From an uncultured delta proteobacterium (GTDB lineage: Bacteria > Desulfobacterota > Binatia > UBA9968), in assembly GCA_963755715.1 (NCBI GenBank), contig CAVWLW010000052.1, positions 64,001 to 128,000 of the forward strand: DNA of 64,000 nucleotides, given 5' to 3'. Positions 1 to 9,946 of the stretch are shown one piece after another. Below the pieces are notes generated by a model that was given only the letters and a program-made list of their open reading frames with translations, was not told the DNA's origin and did not search any database. Each line of letters starts with the position of its first letter. The stretch's first letter is position 1. A program made the translations under genes and the position numbers.

Positions 1-168
1 GAGCCCGAGATGGCGCCGTAGCTGGCGTTGACTTTTTCCAGCGACGCGGCGGCGAGCGGCGAAATCTGTGCGAGGCTCACAAGCAAAAGAAAAGCACCGA
101 TCAGGCTTCGCGTGATTTGTCTTGTCATAGAATTTGGCCTTTCCTGTCTGGCGCCGCAGCAAGGTTCA

Positions 169-1401
169 TTAACTAAAAAAATGCGGATTCTTAAACCGGT
201 GCACTCTTGGAAAAGTCGCGGCGACGACGGCCAATACAAGCAACGTCGCCAAGCCGCCGGTCAAGGCGGACATTTGCGCGCCGAGCCAAGCGGCGACGAC
301 GCCGGATTCAAACTGACCGAGCTGAGGACCGCTGCTGGTGAAAATGCTGTTGATCGACGACATGCGGCCGCGCAACTCGTCGGGCGTGCTCAGCTGGTTG
401 ATCGTCGATCGAAGAATCGAGCTGATCGTGTCGCCGGCGCCGGTAAGCGCCAGCATGAGAAACGAAAACCAGAAGACCTGGGAGCCGGCGAACAGCATCG
501 TGGCGACTCCGTAAATGGCGATACCGAGAAAAATCCAGCGGCCGCTGTGTCTTACGGGGCCGAACAGCGCCATGGCGCCGGCAGCCAGCAATGAACCGAC
601 GGCGCGCGAGGCGTATAAAAGTCCGAGTCCTTTGGGCCCGACGAACAAAATGTCGCGCGCGTAGATCGGGAATAAGCCGCGCACGTTGCCAAAAAACGTC
701 GCGCTGAAGTCCAAGATCATGAGTGGAAAAATCACGCCATGGGACCAGACGAATTGCAATCCTTCGCGGAGCGAATCGACGGAAATCGTCTTCCATCCTC
801 CGCCTTCCGGTATCTTGGTCCGCAACAACCTGAGCGCGGCAAGCATCGCCAACCACGAGCAGGCGTCGACGGCGTAGCACGCGGCGGGTCCCCACAGAGC
901 CAAGACCACGCCAGCCAAGGACGGACCGGCGATGATCGGAACGTAACGTTGCGTGCCTTGCAGCGCCAGGGCTTGGGCCAATTGCGCGCGCGGCACCAAG
1001 CTCGGGATCATCGATTGGCGCGACGGCTGCTCGAGCGAAGTGAAAAACGCCAAGAACACCGTTGCGACGTAGAGCATATGCGGCGAGGCCTTACCGGCAA
1101 AAGTCAACAGAGCCAGAAGAGTCGAAACGCAGAACAAGCCCAACTGGGTGCACATCATCAGCTTGCGCCGATTCATCGCGTCGGCGAGCAGACCGCCGAC
1201 GAGCAACAGCGCGATTTGCGGCAGCGCGCGCGCGACGCCGAGCAGACCGATCTGCAGCGCCGAGTTGGTCAATTCATAGATTTGCCAGGCCATCGCCACC
1301 GTAGTGAACTGCGTGCCGATGCTGGACAGAAACGAGCCGGTCCAGAACACACAAAAGTCGCGATGACGCAGCAGCGAAAGCCGGCTCTTGTCGTCATTCA
1401 T
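169..1401 (-). CDS. MFS transporter (EntS/H+ antiporter-like)
   Basis: Many hydrophobic segments; motif GGLLADAMNRRKLM (MFS motif A); C-terminal PDELRGR. ATG at 1401 preferred over TTG-type start at 1443. Confidence 0.9.
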   Translation of the reverse strand: MNDDKSRLSLLRHRDFCVFWTGSFLSSIGTQFTTVAMAWQIYELTNSALQIGLLGVARALPQIALLLVGGLLADAMNRRKLMMCTQLGLFCVSTLLALLTFAGKASPHMLYVATVFLAFFTSLEQPSRQSMIPSLVPRAQLAQALALQGTQRYVPIIAGPSLAGVVLALWGPAACYAVDACSWLAMLAALRLLRTKIPEGGGWKTISVDSLREGLQFVWSHGVIFPLMILDFSATFFGNVRGLFPIYARDILFVGPKGLGLLYASRAVGSLLAAGAMALFGPVRHSGRWIFLGIAIYGVATMLFAGSQVFWFSFLMLALTGAGDTISSILRSTINQLSTPDELRGRMSSINSIFTSSGPQLGQFESGVVAAWLGAQMSALTGGLATLLVLAVVAATFPRVHRFKNPHFFS

Positions 1402-1594
1402 AGTTCGATAAATTGACGCGGTGACAGGCGATGGATCGAGCATATCTCAGAACCAGTCGCGGCTTTGCGATTCGGCCCTTCAATCCTACGCTGAACACGC
1501 GTTGCCGTGTTCTTATATCAAAGGTGGCTCAACGACAAACCGAGACACAGCCGGGCAGAACGATCATCGAAAAAATTTACCGCGCGAGTTTCTC

Positions 1595-1624
1595 TTGACG
1601 ATTTATGTTGATTGGACCTATGCT
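1595..1624 (+). promoter_or_regulatory. Possible sigma70 promoter
   Basis: TTGACG-N18-TATGCT upstream of the amidohydrolase/SBP operon. Confidence 0.35.
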
Positions 1625-1699
1625 CCGGCCAACTAATCCGCGTCTGCTTGCGATTCTCTCATGGGTGATTTGAGCTCAATCCAGAAAGGAAGAATGCAA

Positions 1700-2839
1700 A
1701 TGGCAAACAAAATTGTGTCGGCTGATGGGCATATGGACTTATTCTATCTTCCTGCCGATACGTTTACCTCGCGTGTATCTGCTCGGATGCGAGATCGAGT
1801 GCCTCGGGTGATCGATAACGAGGGCAAGCCGACCTGGGTAGGAGATGGCGCGAAGATGGGCGCGCACGCCGCCTGGATGGGACGGGGACAAATGACGACT
1901 CACCGCGGTCGGCGCATGGCCGAAGCAGGCTGGCAACCGAGTCATCCGCCCGATCCCAAACTGAGACTCGCGGATCTCGATATGGACGGCGTCGAAGCCG
2001 AAGTGATCTACGGCATTCGCTTCATCGAAGACAGCATCAAAGACCCCGAGGTGATTGCCGCCACCTACCAGGCCTATAACGATTTCATTGCGGAGTTTTG
2101 TTCTTACAATCCAAAACGCTTCATCGGTATCGCCAATATCCCGGCGTCCTCGGCTGAGTCGGCGAGCGCAGAGCTGCGCCGGGTCGGCAAGCAAGGCTTG
2201 GGCTTGCGCGGCGCGATGATCGATTGGTTCAACGGCCCTGAGCCGATTTGGCACACCATGTGGGAGCCCATGTGGACAGCGGCGGAGGAAAACGACGTGG
2301 CCTTGTCGTTCCATATCGGTGTCGGCCACGGCACGACGACCTGCGGGCCGATCAGCGTCGAACAGAAACTCAAGGGAGATTTGCCGCGAGTTTCTCAAGC
2401 GACGCATCAGGCGGTTGTCGCCATGCAGGCCGACGAGTGCCTCGTGGCGATACTTTTGTGCGGCGCCTTGGAGCGGCATCCTGGGCTCAAAGTGGTAATG
2501 GCGGAGAGCCACATCGGCTGGATTCCCTACGTCCTCGAACGCCTCGAGATGAAATACAAAGAAGGCATGTATGACGATTTGATCAGCACGAAACCGAGCG
2601 AGCTATTCAAGCGCCAAATGTGGGCGACGTTTCAAGACGACAGAGTCGGCGCGCTCTTGGCAAAAGACTACGGCGCCGAGAGCTTCTGTTGGGCGTCCGA
2701 TTATCCCCATGCCGACGGTATTTTCCCCGACTCGCAGAGTTTCATCCGCGATACCATGGGTCATCTGGATGACGATCTGCGCCGGAAGCTTACGTTCGCC
2801 AACGCGGTCAGGCTCTACGGCATGGATTGGCTGCTCTAA
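1700..2839 (+). CDS. Amidohydrolase family protein (Amidohydro_2)
   Basis: N-terminal SADGH, FHIG, AESHIGW, WASDYPH, ANAVRLY motifs; RBS-like AAAGGA upstream. Start may be 1694 or 1700. Confidence 0.88.
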   Translation: MANKIVSADGHMDLFYLPADTFTSRVSARMRDRVPRVIDNEGKPTWVGDGAKMGAHAAWMGRGQMTTHRGRRMAEAGWQPSHPPDPKLRLADLDMDGVEAEVIYGIRFIEDSIKDPEVIAATYQAYNDFIAEFCSYNPKRFIGIANIPASSAESASAELRRVGKQGLGLRGAMIDWFNGPEPIWHTMWEPMWTAAEENDVALSFHIGVGHGTTTCGPISVEQKLKGDLPRVSQATHQAVVAMQADECLVAILLCGALERHPGLKVVMAESHIGWIPYVLERLEMKYKEGMYDDLISTKPSELFKRQMWATFQDDRVGALLAKDYGAESFCWASDYPHADGIFPDSQSFIRDTMGHLDDDLRRKLTFANAVRLYGMDWLL

Positions 2840-2869
2840 GAGGGCATTGACACGAAGCGAGCAGGCGCG

Positions 2870-3904
2870 GTGTCGCTTTCATTTAAGAAGATATCGCTCT
2901 GGGTATTCGTGGCATTGGTCGCGCTGCTTTGCGAGACGCGCGCACGCGGCGCCTCGGACGAATTGGTGAAAACGGCGACCAAAGAAGCCAGCCTGATGAT
3001 CTATGGGACGACTCAAATCGACCATATGCACGCGTTGATGAAACACTTCAACGAAAAATACCCCGCGATCACAGCCAACTATCACCGTCAGGGCACCACC
3101 GCCGTGTACGAAAGAATTCTTCGAGAGCAGCGCGCCGGATTGTTCAGCGCGGACGTTTACGGCGGAATCGGCGGGCTCCAAGCCTGGCTTCTCGCTCAAA
3201 AAGGCGCGCTGACGCCGTACTCGTCGCCGGAACGAGCTACGATCAGCAACAACCTCAAGGACAAAGACGGCTACTGGACCGCCGCCTACACGGTGAGTTT
3301 CGTGAGCGCGTTTCACGCCCGGCAGGTGGCGCGGGCGGAAGCGCCGCGCGCCTACGAGGACTTTCTCTTGCCCAAATGGAAAGGGAAGATGTGGTTGAAC
3401 GAAGATGATATCGAGTGGTACGCGACCATGTTCGAGATCATGGGCAAGGAAAAAGGATCTCAGTTCATGCGCCGGCTGGCGCAGCAGGATCTGCGCTACG
3501 GCAGAGACCCGAGCTTGGCCATCGAACTCTTGTGCGCCGGCGAATTTCCGCTGATGATCGGCATTCACTTCCATCACACCGAAAGGCTCAAGCAAAAGGG
3601 TTGTCCGCTCGACTGGGTGGTCACCGAGCCGGGATATAATCGTCCTCCGATCGCGATCGCGCTAGCGAAGAATGCGCCCCATCCCGGCGCCGGCAAGTTG
3701 TTCATCGATTTCATTCTGTCACGGGACGGCCAGAAGGCTGTTCAAAACGTGGCGCTGCGTTATCCGGTCCGCTCGGATGTCGAGCTGAGCGGTGAGCTTC
3801 TCAAGCTCAAAGGAATTCGCTTTTGGGATGCCAACTGGGATGCGGTCTTTCGCAACATCGACAGCTATCAGAAATCATTTCGTCAAACATTCGGTATCAG
3901 CTGA
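2870..3904 (+). CDS. ABC-type Fe3+/polyamine-class substrate-binding protein
   Basis: Signal peptide; DKDGYW, PKWKGK, KNAPHPGAGKLFIDF motifs typical of AfuA/FbpA-like SBPs. Confidence 0.85.
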   Translation: MSLSFKKISLWVFVALVALLCETRARGASDELVKTATKEASLMIYGTTQIDHMHALMKHFNEKYPAITANYHRQGTTAVYERILREQRAGLFSADVYGGIGGLQAWLLAQKGALTPYSSPERATISNNLKDKDGYWTAAYTVSFVSAFHARQVARAEAPRAYEDFLLPKWKGKMWLNEDDIEWYATMFEIMGKEKGSQFMRRLAQQDLRYGRDPSLAIELLCAGEFPLMIGIHFHHTERLKQKGCPLDWVVTEPGYNRPPIAIALAKNAPHPGAGKLFIDFILSRDGQKAVQNVALRYPVRSDVELSGELLKLKGIRFWDANWDAVFRNIDSYQKSFRQTFGIS

Positions 3905-3915
3905 GGGGAATAAGA

Positions 3916-4953
3916 ATGTATATCGACTGCGACTCACATTATTTTCCAGTTAAATTTTTAGAAGGAGTCAGCGCGAAATATCCGCACTCGCCGCGCGTGG
4001 TCAAAAACGGCGACGATGTAAGATCGGTTTTGCCGGACGGCACGCTGATCAAAAACCAGGCGCCCAAAGGGCGCTGGCATTTGGATACACGCGATCAGCA
4101 TGTCGACTGGGAAGGATTCGACGTCCACGTGCTGATCCCGGAGAACCGCGAGCTGCTTTACACCTGGGACCGCGAACTGGGTTGCGAGCTTGCCCGCGCG
4201 TACAACGACGCCGTCGCCCAGGACTTAAAAGAATGCGCCCATCCGGAGAAGTACATCGGCGTCGCCTGGGTTTATCTTCCAGACGTCGAGGAGTCGTGCC
4301 GCGAGATCGATAGAGCGGTTAAAACCCTTGGTCTCAGGGCCGTGAAGTTCATGGGTGGGTTCGAGAACGCCAATCTCGGCGCGGAGAAACTCTGGCCGCT
4401 CTACGATAAGATCTGCCAGCTCGATATTCCGGTATTGGTGCACGACACCGCTTCGGACCGCGACGGCCATCCCAATCCGGCGTTGGTCGGCATCGAACAG
4501 TTATTTTTAGAAGCCGATAACAACGCGCTGGCCTTCCTGTTGGCTTTTCCGTTTCGCTACATGGTGGATATCGGCAGTCTGATCTTGCGCGGCGCCTTGA
4601 AAGAATTTCCCAAACTGCGGATCTGCTTCGTCGAGGGATCGGGGGCGTTCGTGCCCTGGCTGATGGAGCGGCTCGATATGGACGTCAAAGCCAAGGCCAG
4701 ACTGGGCAAACTTCCGAGTGAGTTCTTCAATCAGATCTGGGTGTCAGCTTTCGCGGCGGAAACTTCGCTTAAATACGTTTGCGATTTCTGGCCCGATCAC
4801 AACCTCACCGTCGGCAGCGACTATCCGCATGGCGATCCATCCGCGACTTGGAACGTCGGCACCGTGAAGATGATAAAAGAGCTAAAGGGGATGTCGGACG
4901 CCGACAAGGAGAAGATTCTCGGCGGCAACGCCATGCGGCTATTCGGCATGTAG
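3916..4953 (+). CDS. Amidohydrolase family protein
   Basis: IDCDSH, VLVH, GSDYPH, ILGGNAMRL; RBS GAGGGG before ATG 3916. Confidence 0.88.
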   Translation: MYIDCDSHYFPVKFLEGVSAKYPHSPRVVKNGDDVRSVLPDGTLIKNQAPKGRWHLDTRDQHVDWEGFDVHVLIPENRELLYTWDRELGCELARAYNDAVAQDLKECAHPEKYIGVAWVYLPDVEESCREIDRAVKTLGLRAVKFMGGFENANLGAEKLWPLYDKICQLDIPVLVHDTASDRDGHPNPALVGIEQLFLEADNNALAFLLAFPFRYMVDIGSLILRGALKEFPKLRICFVEGSGAFVPWLMERLDMDVKAKARLGKLPSEFFNQIWVSAFAAETSLKYVCDFWPDHNLTVGSDYPHGDPSATWNVGTVKMIKELKGMSDADKEKILGGNAMRLFGM

Positions 4954-5017
4954 CTCCATTCGGTGATGAAGTCTCAATGAGGAGGATCTTGGGCGGAAGC
5001 AACTTGACGGAGGAATA

Positions 5018-6049
5018 ATGGCGCCTTCGATAGGTAATTTATTTGCGATCTTTTTGACGCTCGCTTTACTCCCATTCGAGGTCGGGTTTGAAATAGCCGC
5101 CGCTCTCGCCGGGCCGAAAATTGCCATCTCCTTCGCCGGCATCAACCCGCGGCAGACGCCGCTTTGGATCGCGCAGGAACAGGGATTCTTCTCAAAGCAT
5201 GGTGTGGATGCCGATGTCGTATTCATTCGCACGGGTCCCATTCAAGTCGCCGCGGTCAGCTCGGGCGCGACTCAACTTGCTTATGCAGGGCCGGCATCGA
5301 TTCTCGGCGCGGCGAGCAGCGGCACTGATTTGAGGATGATCGCGTCGTTCACGAATCGTTTAACCTATACCATGATCGCCAGGCCCGAACTCAAAAAAGC
5401 GGAAGACCTCCGCGGTAAGCGTTTCGGCGTCCAAGCGATCGGTGGGTCGGTGTGGATGGGCGCGGTCTTGGGACTGGAATATCTCGGACTCGATCAACGG
5501 CGCGACAACATCAATATTCTAAATATCGGCGATCAAACTGTGTTGGCCCAGGCGATGGAGTCCGGCACGATCGATGTAACCGTGCTTGACGGTGTCTTCA
5601 GCCGCCGGCTCAAACAAAAAGGCTTTTCGGTCATCGCCGAGCTTTCGGAAACCAAGATCCCCTACGTCAGCAACGTGATCGTCGGCACGCGCGCGTTATT
5701 CCAGCAACAACCGGAGCTGGCCGAAAATATCCTAAAGGCATTGCTAGAGAGTTTGGCGTTTATCCTCGCGCCGCCGAACAAGGCCGCCGTCGTGAACACG
5801 ATCATGAAGCGGCTAAAAATTACCGACAGTTCGGTAGCGGAGCAGGGATATCGAGACCTGGTGCAAATCAGCGATCCAAAGCCTTATGTGTCTCTCGACG
5901 GGCTACGCAACATCCAACGTCTGATCAAAATACAAAACCCGATCGTCGGCAACGTCAAAGTCGAAGATTTGATCGATAACCGGCCATTGAAAAAATTGGA
6001 GGATAGTGGCTTCATCCAAAAGACTTTTAGCGCCTACGGAATGAAGTAG
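5018..6049 (+). CDS. ABC substrate-binding protein, NMT1/SsuA/TauA-like
   Basis: Signal peptide; PLWIAQEQGFFSKHG and DLRGKRFGV motifs; RBS GGAGG. Confidence 0.87.
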   Translation: MAPSIGNLFAIFLTLALLPFEVGFEIAAALAGPKIAISFAGINPRQTPLWIAQEQGFFSKHGVDADVVFIRTGPIQVAAVSSGATQLAYAGPASILGAASSGTDLRMIASFTNRLTYTMIARPELKKAEDLRGKRFGVQAIGGSVWMGAVLGLEYLGLDQRRDNINILNIGDQTVLAQAMESGTIDVTVLDGVFSRRLKQKGFSVIAELSETKIPYVSNVIVGTRALFQQQPELAENILKALLESLAFILAPPNKAAVVNTIMKRLKITDSSVAEQGYRDLVQISDPKPYVSLDGLRNIQRLIKIQNPIVGNVKVEDLIDNRPLKKLEDSGFIQKTFSAYGMK

Positions 6050-6142
6050 CTGCTGTTGATAGTGAAGGATTCGAGTCTAAATATTGTGCATGGTCGCGCT
6101 TAGTTAGTATTTCTCGATACCGGAGAAAAGGATCCCAATCAT

Positions 6143-6412
6143 TTGCCTAAATACAATCCTCGACTGCAGAAGACAATTTTTGACGTGATCGATAACCAAA
6201 TTAAAGGGAACGATCCTCCGGAAACGCGCGAGACGTTTAATCGGCTTGTGCGCGAAGGGCACTCGAAGACCGAGACGAGAAAGTTAATCGGGTGTGCTAT
6301 CGCCGTGGAGCTCTATGATATCATGAAACACCAGAAGCCTTTTGACCGAGAACGGTTCGTCGGCAATCTCACAAGACTACCCGAACTTCCGTTCGATGAT
6401 GAGGAGGAGTGA
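6143..6412 (+). CDS. Small conserved helical hypothetical protein (DUF1841-like)
   Basis: 89 aa, protein-like (NQIKGNDPPETRETFNRL...EG), acidic tail; RBS AAAGGA. Confidence 0.6.
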   Translation: MPKYNPRLQKTIFDVIDNQIKGNDPPETRETFNRLVREGHSKTETRKLIGCAIAVELYDIMKHQKPFDRERFVGNLTRLPELPFDDEEE

Positions 6413-6427
6413 GAAGCGACGAGTTAG

Positions 6428-6565
6428 CTACTTGCCCATGAGCTTATTCATGCGGGCGACGAGATCCTTCGATTGCGCCACGAATTCTTTTGCCAAGTCT
6501 TCGGGTTCTTGGCGCGTCGTTGGATTGATCTCAAAGGCGGTCTTAAATACGCCGAACGGTTTCAA
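6428..6565 (-). pseudogene. C-terminal remnant of a TctC/Bug-like binding protein
   Basis: 45-aa frame KPFGVFKTAFEINPTTRQEPEDLAKEFVAQSKDLVARMNKLMGK resembles Bug-family C-termini (recognition only). Confidence 0.35.
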
Positions 6566-6571
6566 CCGCGA

Positions 6572-7708
6572 TCACACTTCGCTTTCGAGAATCTCCAATC
6601 CGTCCAGACGATCGATCAAATAAAGCAAACCATTGTCGGCGCGGAAGATATCGTTGCTCTTGACGGTCTTTTGTCCGCGGCCGGGAGCCGGCACATAGCT
6701 ACCGATCTCGGTCGGGATATAGGGATTGCTGATGTCTATGACGCGCAGGCCGCCGCTGAACCAGGTGACGAACATTTTGTTGTCGTAGACTTGTTCGGCG
6801 GGTTGGTGCGCGCCGTATTGATGGCCCGGTTCGATGCTGTGAGCTTCCGCTGTGTTGAATGTCGAGATCGGCACCGGACGGGTTTCTTCCGTGATATCGA
6901 CCATCCACATAAATGCATACGGCATCGGCGCGCGCTTGCCCGCTTCTTCGTCGGTTACGACCATGACATCGCGGTTCATGAGCTTCCACGGGATCGGCAA
7001 GGTCGTGTGGATAGGCGAGGGGTAGGGGGGCGACCAGTTGAGGCCGCTGATGAATTTCGGACGGCTCATGTCGACGATATCCAGGATCACGAAACCGCCG
7101 TGCCAGTAGCTCGTGTAGAGCCGGTCGCCGCGCCGGATTGGGTGGTGGCACTGATGCGCGGTGCCTTCCCACGACGGTGTCTCGCCGCCGCCGATCCACT
7201 GACCGGGCATCCACCATCTTCCGACTTCTTCCGGATGCGTGGGATCCTTGAGATCCAGGATCATCGGGATGCGCCCGACGTATCCTTCCATGTGCACCGA
7301 GATATAGGCGTAGCGGCCATCGAAGGTAAAACGGTGAACGCCCCCGTTGGTTTCGAAGAACGCGATCTCTTTGGGCCTTTCCCGGTTGGAAATGTCGTAG
7401 ACTTTGAGTCCGGTAGGCTGCTTCTCTTTGCTCCGGTATCTTTCCAGATTCACGAGCATAATGTCGCCGCTGACGCGCACCTTGTGTGAATGCACGCCCT
7501 GGGGAATTTCAATCTCCGCGATAACTTTCGGGTGCTTCGGGTCTTTCACGTCAAGAATCGACGTGCCATGCGGCGGATCCATGTGACCGACGAATGCATA
7601 GCCGTTCTCGACGACGACTTGCCCGCCCCCCGCTACGTCGGTTCGGCCGATCAGTTTTACATTTTTCCGAATACCGAACTGAGGAGCGTTTCCGTTCCCT
7701 TCACTCAT
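6572..7708 (-). CDS. LVIVD-repeat beta-propeller protein
   Basis: Repeated ILDVKDP, VYDISN, ILDLKDP, VILDIVD, LRVIDISNP motifs; conserved His residues (HSHK, GVHR, QCHH, PIHT, GAHQ). Confidence 0.85.
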   Translation of the reverse strand: MSEGNGNAPQFGIRKNVKLIGRTDVAGGGQVVVENGYAFVGHMDPPHGTSILDVKDPKHPKVIAEIEIPQGVHSHKVRVSGDIMLVNLERYRSKEKQPTGLKVYDISNRERPKEIAFFETNGGVHRFTFDGRYAYISVHMEGYVGRIPMILDLKDPTHPEEVGRWWMPGQWIGGGETPSWEGTAHQCHHPIRRGDRLYTSYWHGGFVILDIVDMSRPKFISGLNWSPPYPSPIHTTLPIPWKLMNRDVMVVTDEEAGKRAPMPYAFMWMVDITEETRPVPISTFNTAEAHSIEPGHQYGAHQPAEQVYDNKMFVTWFSGGLRVIDISNPYIPTEIGSYVPAPGRGQKTVKSNDIFRADNGLLYLIDRLDGLEILESEV

Positions 7709-7825
7709 GATTTTGTCTCCTGTTCTGCTGGATAGGCCCTTCTATCAATCTGAAGGCAAAGCGGTCAACCTAGGTAGCAAGTCAGCAAGAGCTCGTTATT
7801 TGCCATTAGGTTGTGGTTTGTTTGG

Positions 7826-7854
7826 AAAGATCTCTCACTTTGTTCGAGATGACA
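7826..7854. repeat. REP-like element family A (AAAGATCTCTCACT..GTTCGAGATGACA)
   Basis: Same motif recurs at 26556-26638, 32758-32831 and degenerate at ~47409 and ~57959, always intergenic. Confidence 0.7.
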
Positions 7855-8002
7855 AATCTCTTAATTTGGGAGCAAGGAATCTTTTTCGATGGGTGAGCCT
7901 CATGGCGGGTTCAAAACCACTACCGAAAACCGCCGTGGCTTTACCGAAAAAAATAATTGTTATAGGCTGCGAGCGATTGAAAACTATTGAGAGCAAAGTG
8001 CC

Positions 8003-9682
8003 ATGGCAAAAAAGAAATTAGCGGTCGCCCAGGACGAATCGGCAATCCCAGCGCGCGGCTATCCCGATCTGCACGATCACTTGAGGCAGCTTGAACGCGA
8101 AGGTTTGTTGATCCGCGTCAAGGAGCCGGTGGATAAAGACCAGGAAATGCATCCGTTAGTGCGCTGGCAGTTCCGCGGCGGCATCAAAGAGAAAGACCGC
8201 AAGGCGTTTTTGTTCGAGCAGCCGGTGGACGCGAAAGGCAAGCAGTACGACATTCCCGTCGCGATCGGTATTCTGGCGGCGAACCGGCGCATCTACGGCA
8301 TCGGTCTCGGCACCGATCCGACAAAAGTAAATCAGCTCTGGGCCCAGGCGAAAACGAATCCGGTTCAGCCGGTGGAGATTCCATCCGAGGCCGCGCCCGT
8401 GCACGAAATCGTCACCCTCGGTGAAGAATTAAAAAAAGCCGGCCAAGGCTTGGATAGTATTCCGGTGCCGATTTCCACGCCGGGTTGGGACAACGCGCCC
8501 TATATCAGCGCAGCGCACTATATTACCAAAGATCCCGATAGCGGCATTCACAATATTGGGACTTACCGCGCCATGATCAAGGCGCGCGATCGGGTCGGCT
8601 GCAATCCATCGCTCGAATTGGGGCAAGGCATCTACGTCCATTGGGAAAAGTACCGCGCGCGCAAGGAGAAGATGCCCGCTGCGCTCTGCATCGGGGGGGT
8701 GCCCGCGATTTCTTATGTCGCAGCCCAGAAGCTTGCCTACGATGTCGACGAGTTCGCCGTCGCCGGCGGGCTGGTGAAAGCGCCGATTCGAATTGTCCAG
8801 GCGAAGACAGTGCCGTTAATGGTTCCCGCCGACGCGGAGATCATCATCGAAGGTTTTGTTTCGACGGAATACCTCGAACCCGAAGCGCCCTTCGGCGAAT
8901 CCCACGGCCACGTCAATCCGAAGGAATACAACCCCTACATGGAAGTCACCGCGATCACGCGGCGCAAAAAAGCGATTCTCTGCTCGATCATCAGCCAGGT
9001 GACGCCGTCGGAGTCGAGCGTGATCAAGAAAATGGCCTACGAGCCGCTTTATCTCGACCATTTGAAAAATACTCTCGGTATCAACTGCGTTACCCGCGTG
9101 ATGTTGCACGAGCCGCTGACGGCGACGCAAAAGCTGACCGTGATTCAAATGCGCCAGCCCAGCCAAGCCGAAGTTTGGCGTGCCTTGATGGCGGCGGTTA
9201 CCTTCCGTCCGGCGATGTCGAAGATCGTCATCGCCGTCGATGAAGATATCGATCCGGAAAATCTCGACGCGGTGTTCTGGGCGCTCGGCTATCGCTCGCA
9301 ACCGCACCGCGACGTGCAAATCATCCGCGGCACCGATATCGGCCACGCGCCGCGCCATGACGCGCGCGGTGGCGCGGACGATTCCTGCCTGCTCTGGGAT
9401 GCGACATTGAAAGAGACCTTTCCGCCGATTTCTTTACCCAAGCAAGAATACATGGAGCGCGCGCGCAAGCTTTGGGAAAGGCTCGAGCTGCCGAAGCTCG
9501 AGCCCGAGTCGCCCTGGTTCGGCTACTCGCTCGGCGATTGGAATTCGGAGCTCGACGAAGAAGCCAAGCTCGCCGTCGCCGGCGATTTCTGGCAGACCGG
9601 CGAAAAGATCGCTCGCGAGCGGAAATCGACCGACGAAGTCGCCGTGAATACGTCGTACTACGGTCAGCAAAAAAAGAAATAA
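8003..9682 (+). CDS. UbiD-family (prFMN-dependent) decarboxylase
   Basis: DLHDHLRQLEREGLL, HNIGTYR, VPADAEIIIEG, EAPFGESHG, VIAVDEDID motifs. Confidence 0.92.
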   Translation: MAKKKLAVAQDESAIPARGYPDLHDHLRQLEREGLLIRVKEPVDKDQEMHPLVRWQFRGGIKEKDRKAFLFEQPVDAKGKQYDIPVAIGILAANRRIYGIGLGTDPTKVNQLWAQAKTNPVQPVEIPSEAAPVHEIVTLGEELKKAGQGLDSIPVPISTPGWDNAPYISAAHYITKDPDSGIHNIGTYRAMIKARDRVGCNPSLELGQGIYVHWEKYRARKEKMPAALCIGGVPAISYVAAQKLAYDVDEFAVAGGLVKAPIRIVQAKTVPLMVPADAEIIIEGFVSTEYLEPEAPFGESHGHVNPKEYNPYMEVTAITRRKKAILCSIISQVTPSESSVIKKMAYEPLYLDHLKNTLGINCVTRVMLHEPLTATQKLTVIQMRQPSQAEVWRALMAAVTFRPAMSKIVIAVDEDIDPENLDAVFWALGYRSQPHRDVQIIRGTDIGHAPRHDARGGADDSCLLWDATLKETFPPISLPKQEYMERARKLWERLELPKLEPESPWFGYSLGDWNSELDEEAKLAVAGDFWQTGEKIARERKSTDEVAVNTSYYGQQKKK

Positions 9683-9789
9683 AGTTTTGACCGCGCGCTT
9701 CGCGTCTGCATCAATCCCTCTTAGAAAGAAAGGAAAGAGGCGCTCTTGTCGAAGAGAATCTCTGCAAATCACCACGAGTTGTTTTACTT

Positions 9790-9887
9790 CCCCCTTTTGA
9801 AAAAGGGGGATCGAGGGGGATTTGCTGACGTACAAAGTAGCGAGCGACTCGGAAAATCTCCCCTAGCCCCTCTTTGCTAAAGAGGGG
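9790..9887. repeat. Paired palindromic REP-like element (CCCCCTTTTGAAAAAGGGGGATCGAGGGGGATTT ... AAATCTCCCCTAGCCCCTCTTTGCTAAAGAGGGG)
   Basis: Two hairpin units in inverted orientation between ubiD-like and crotonase genes. Confidence 0.75.
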
Positions 9888-9946
9888 TGTTCGGACATCA
9901 TGCGCTTGAAACATTGACAAACTTTATGATTCTCGAGGAGCGTTAG

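Noticed and set aside
6473-7489. Long antisense ORFs (e.g. 6473-7489, 25020-26123, 43507-44397, 1739-2512)
   Set aside because: They are shadows of well-supported genes on the opposite strand, as expected at high GC, and have no motifs.
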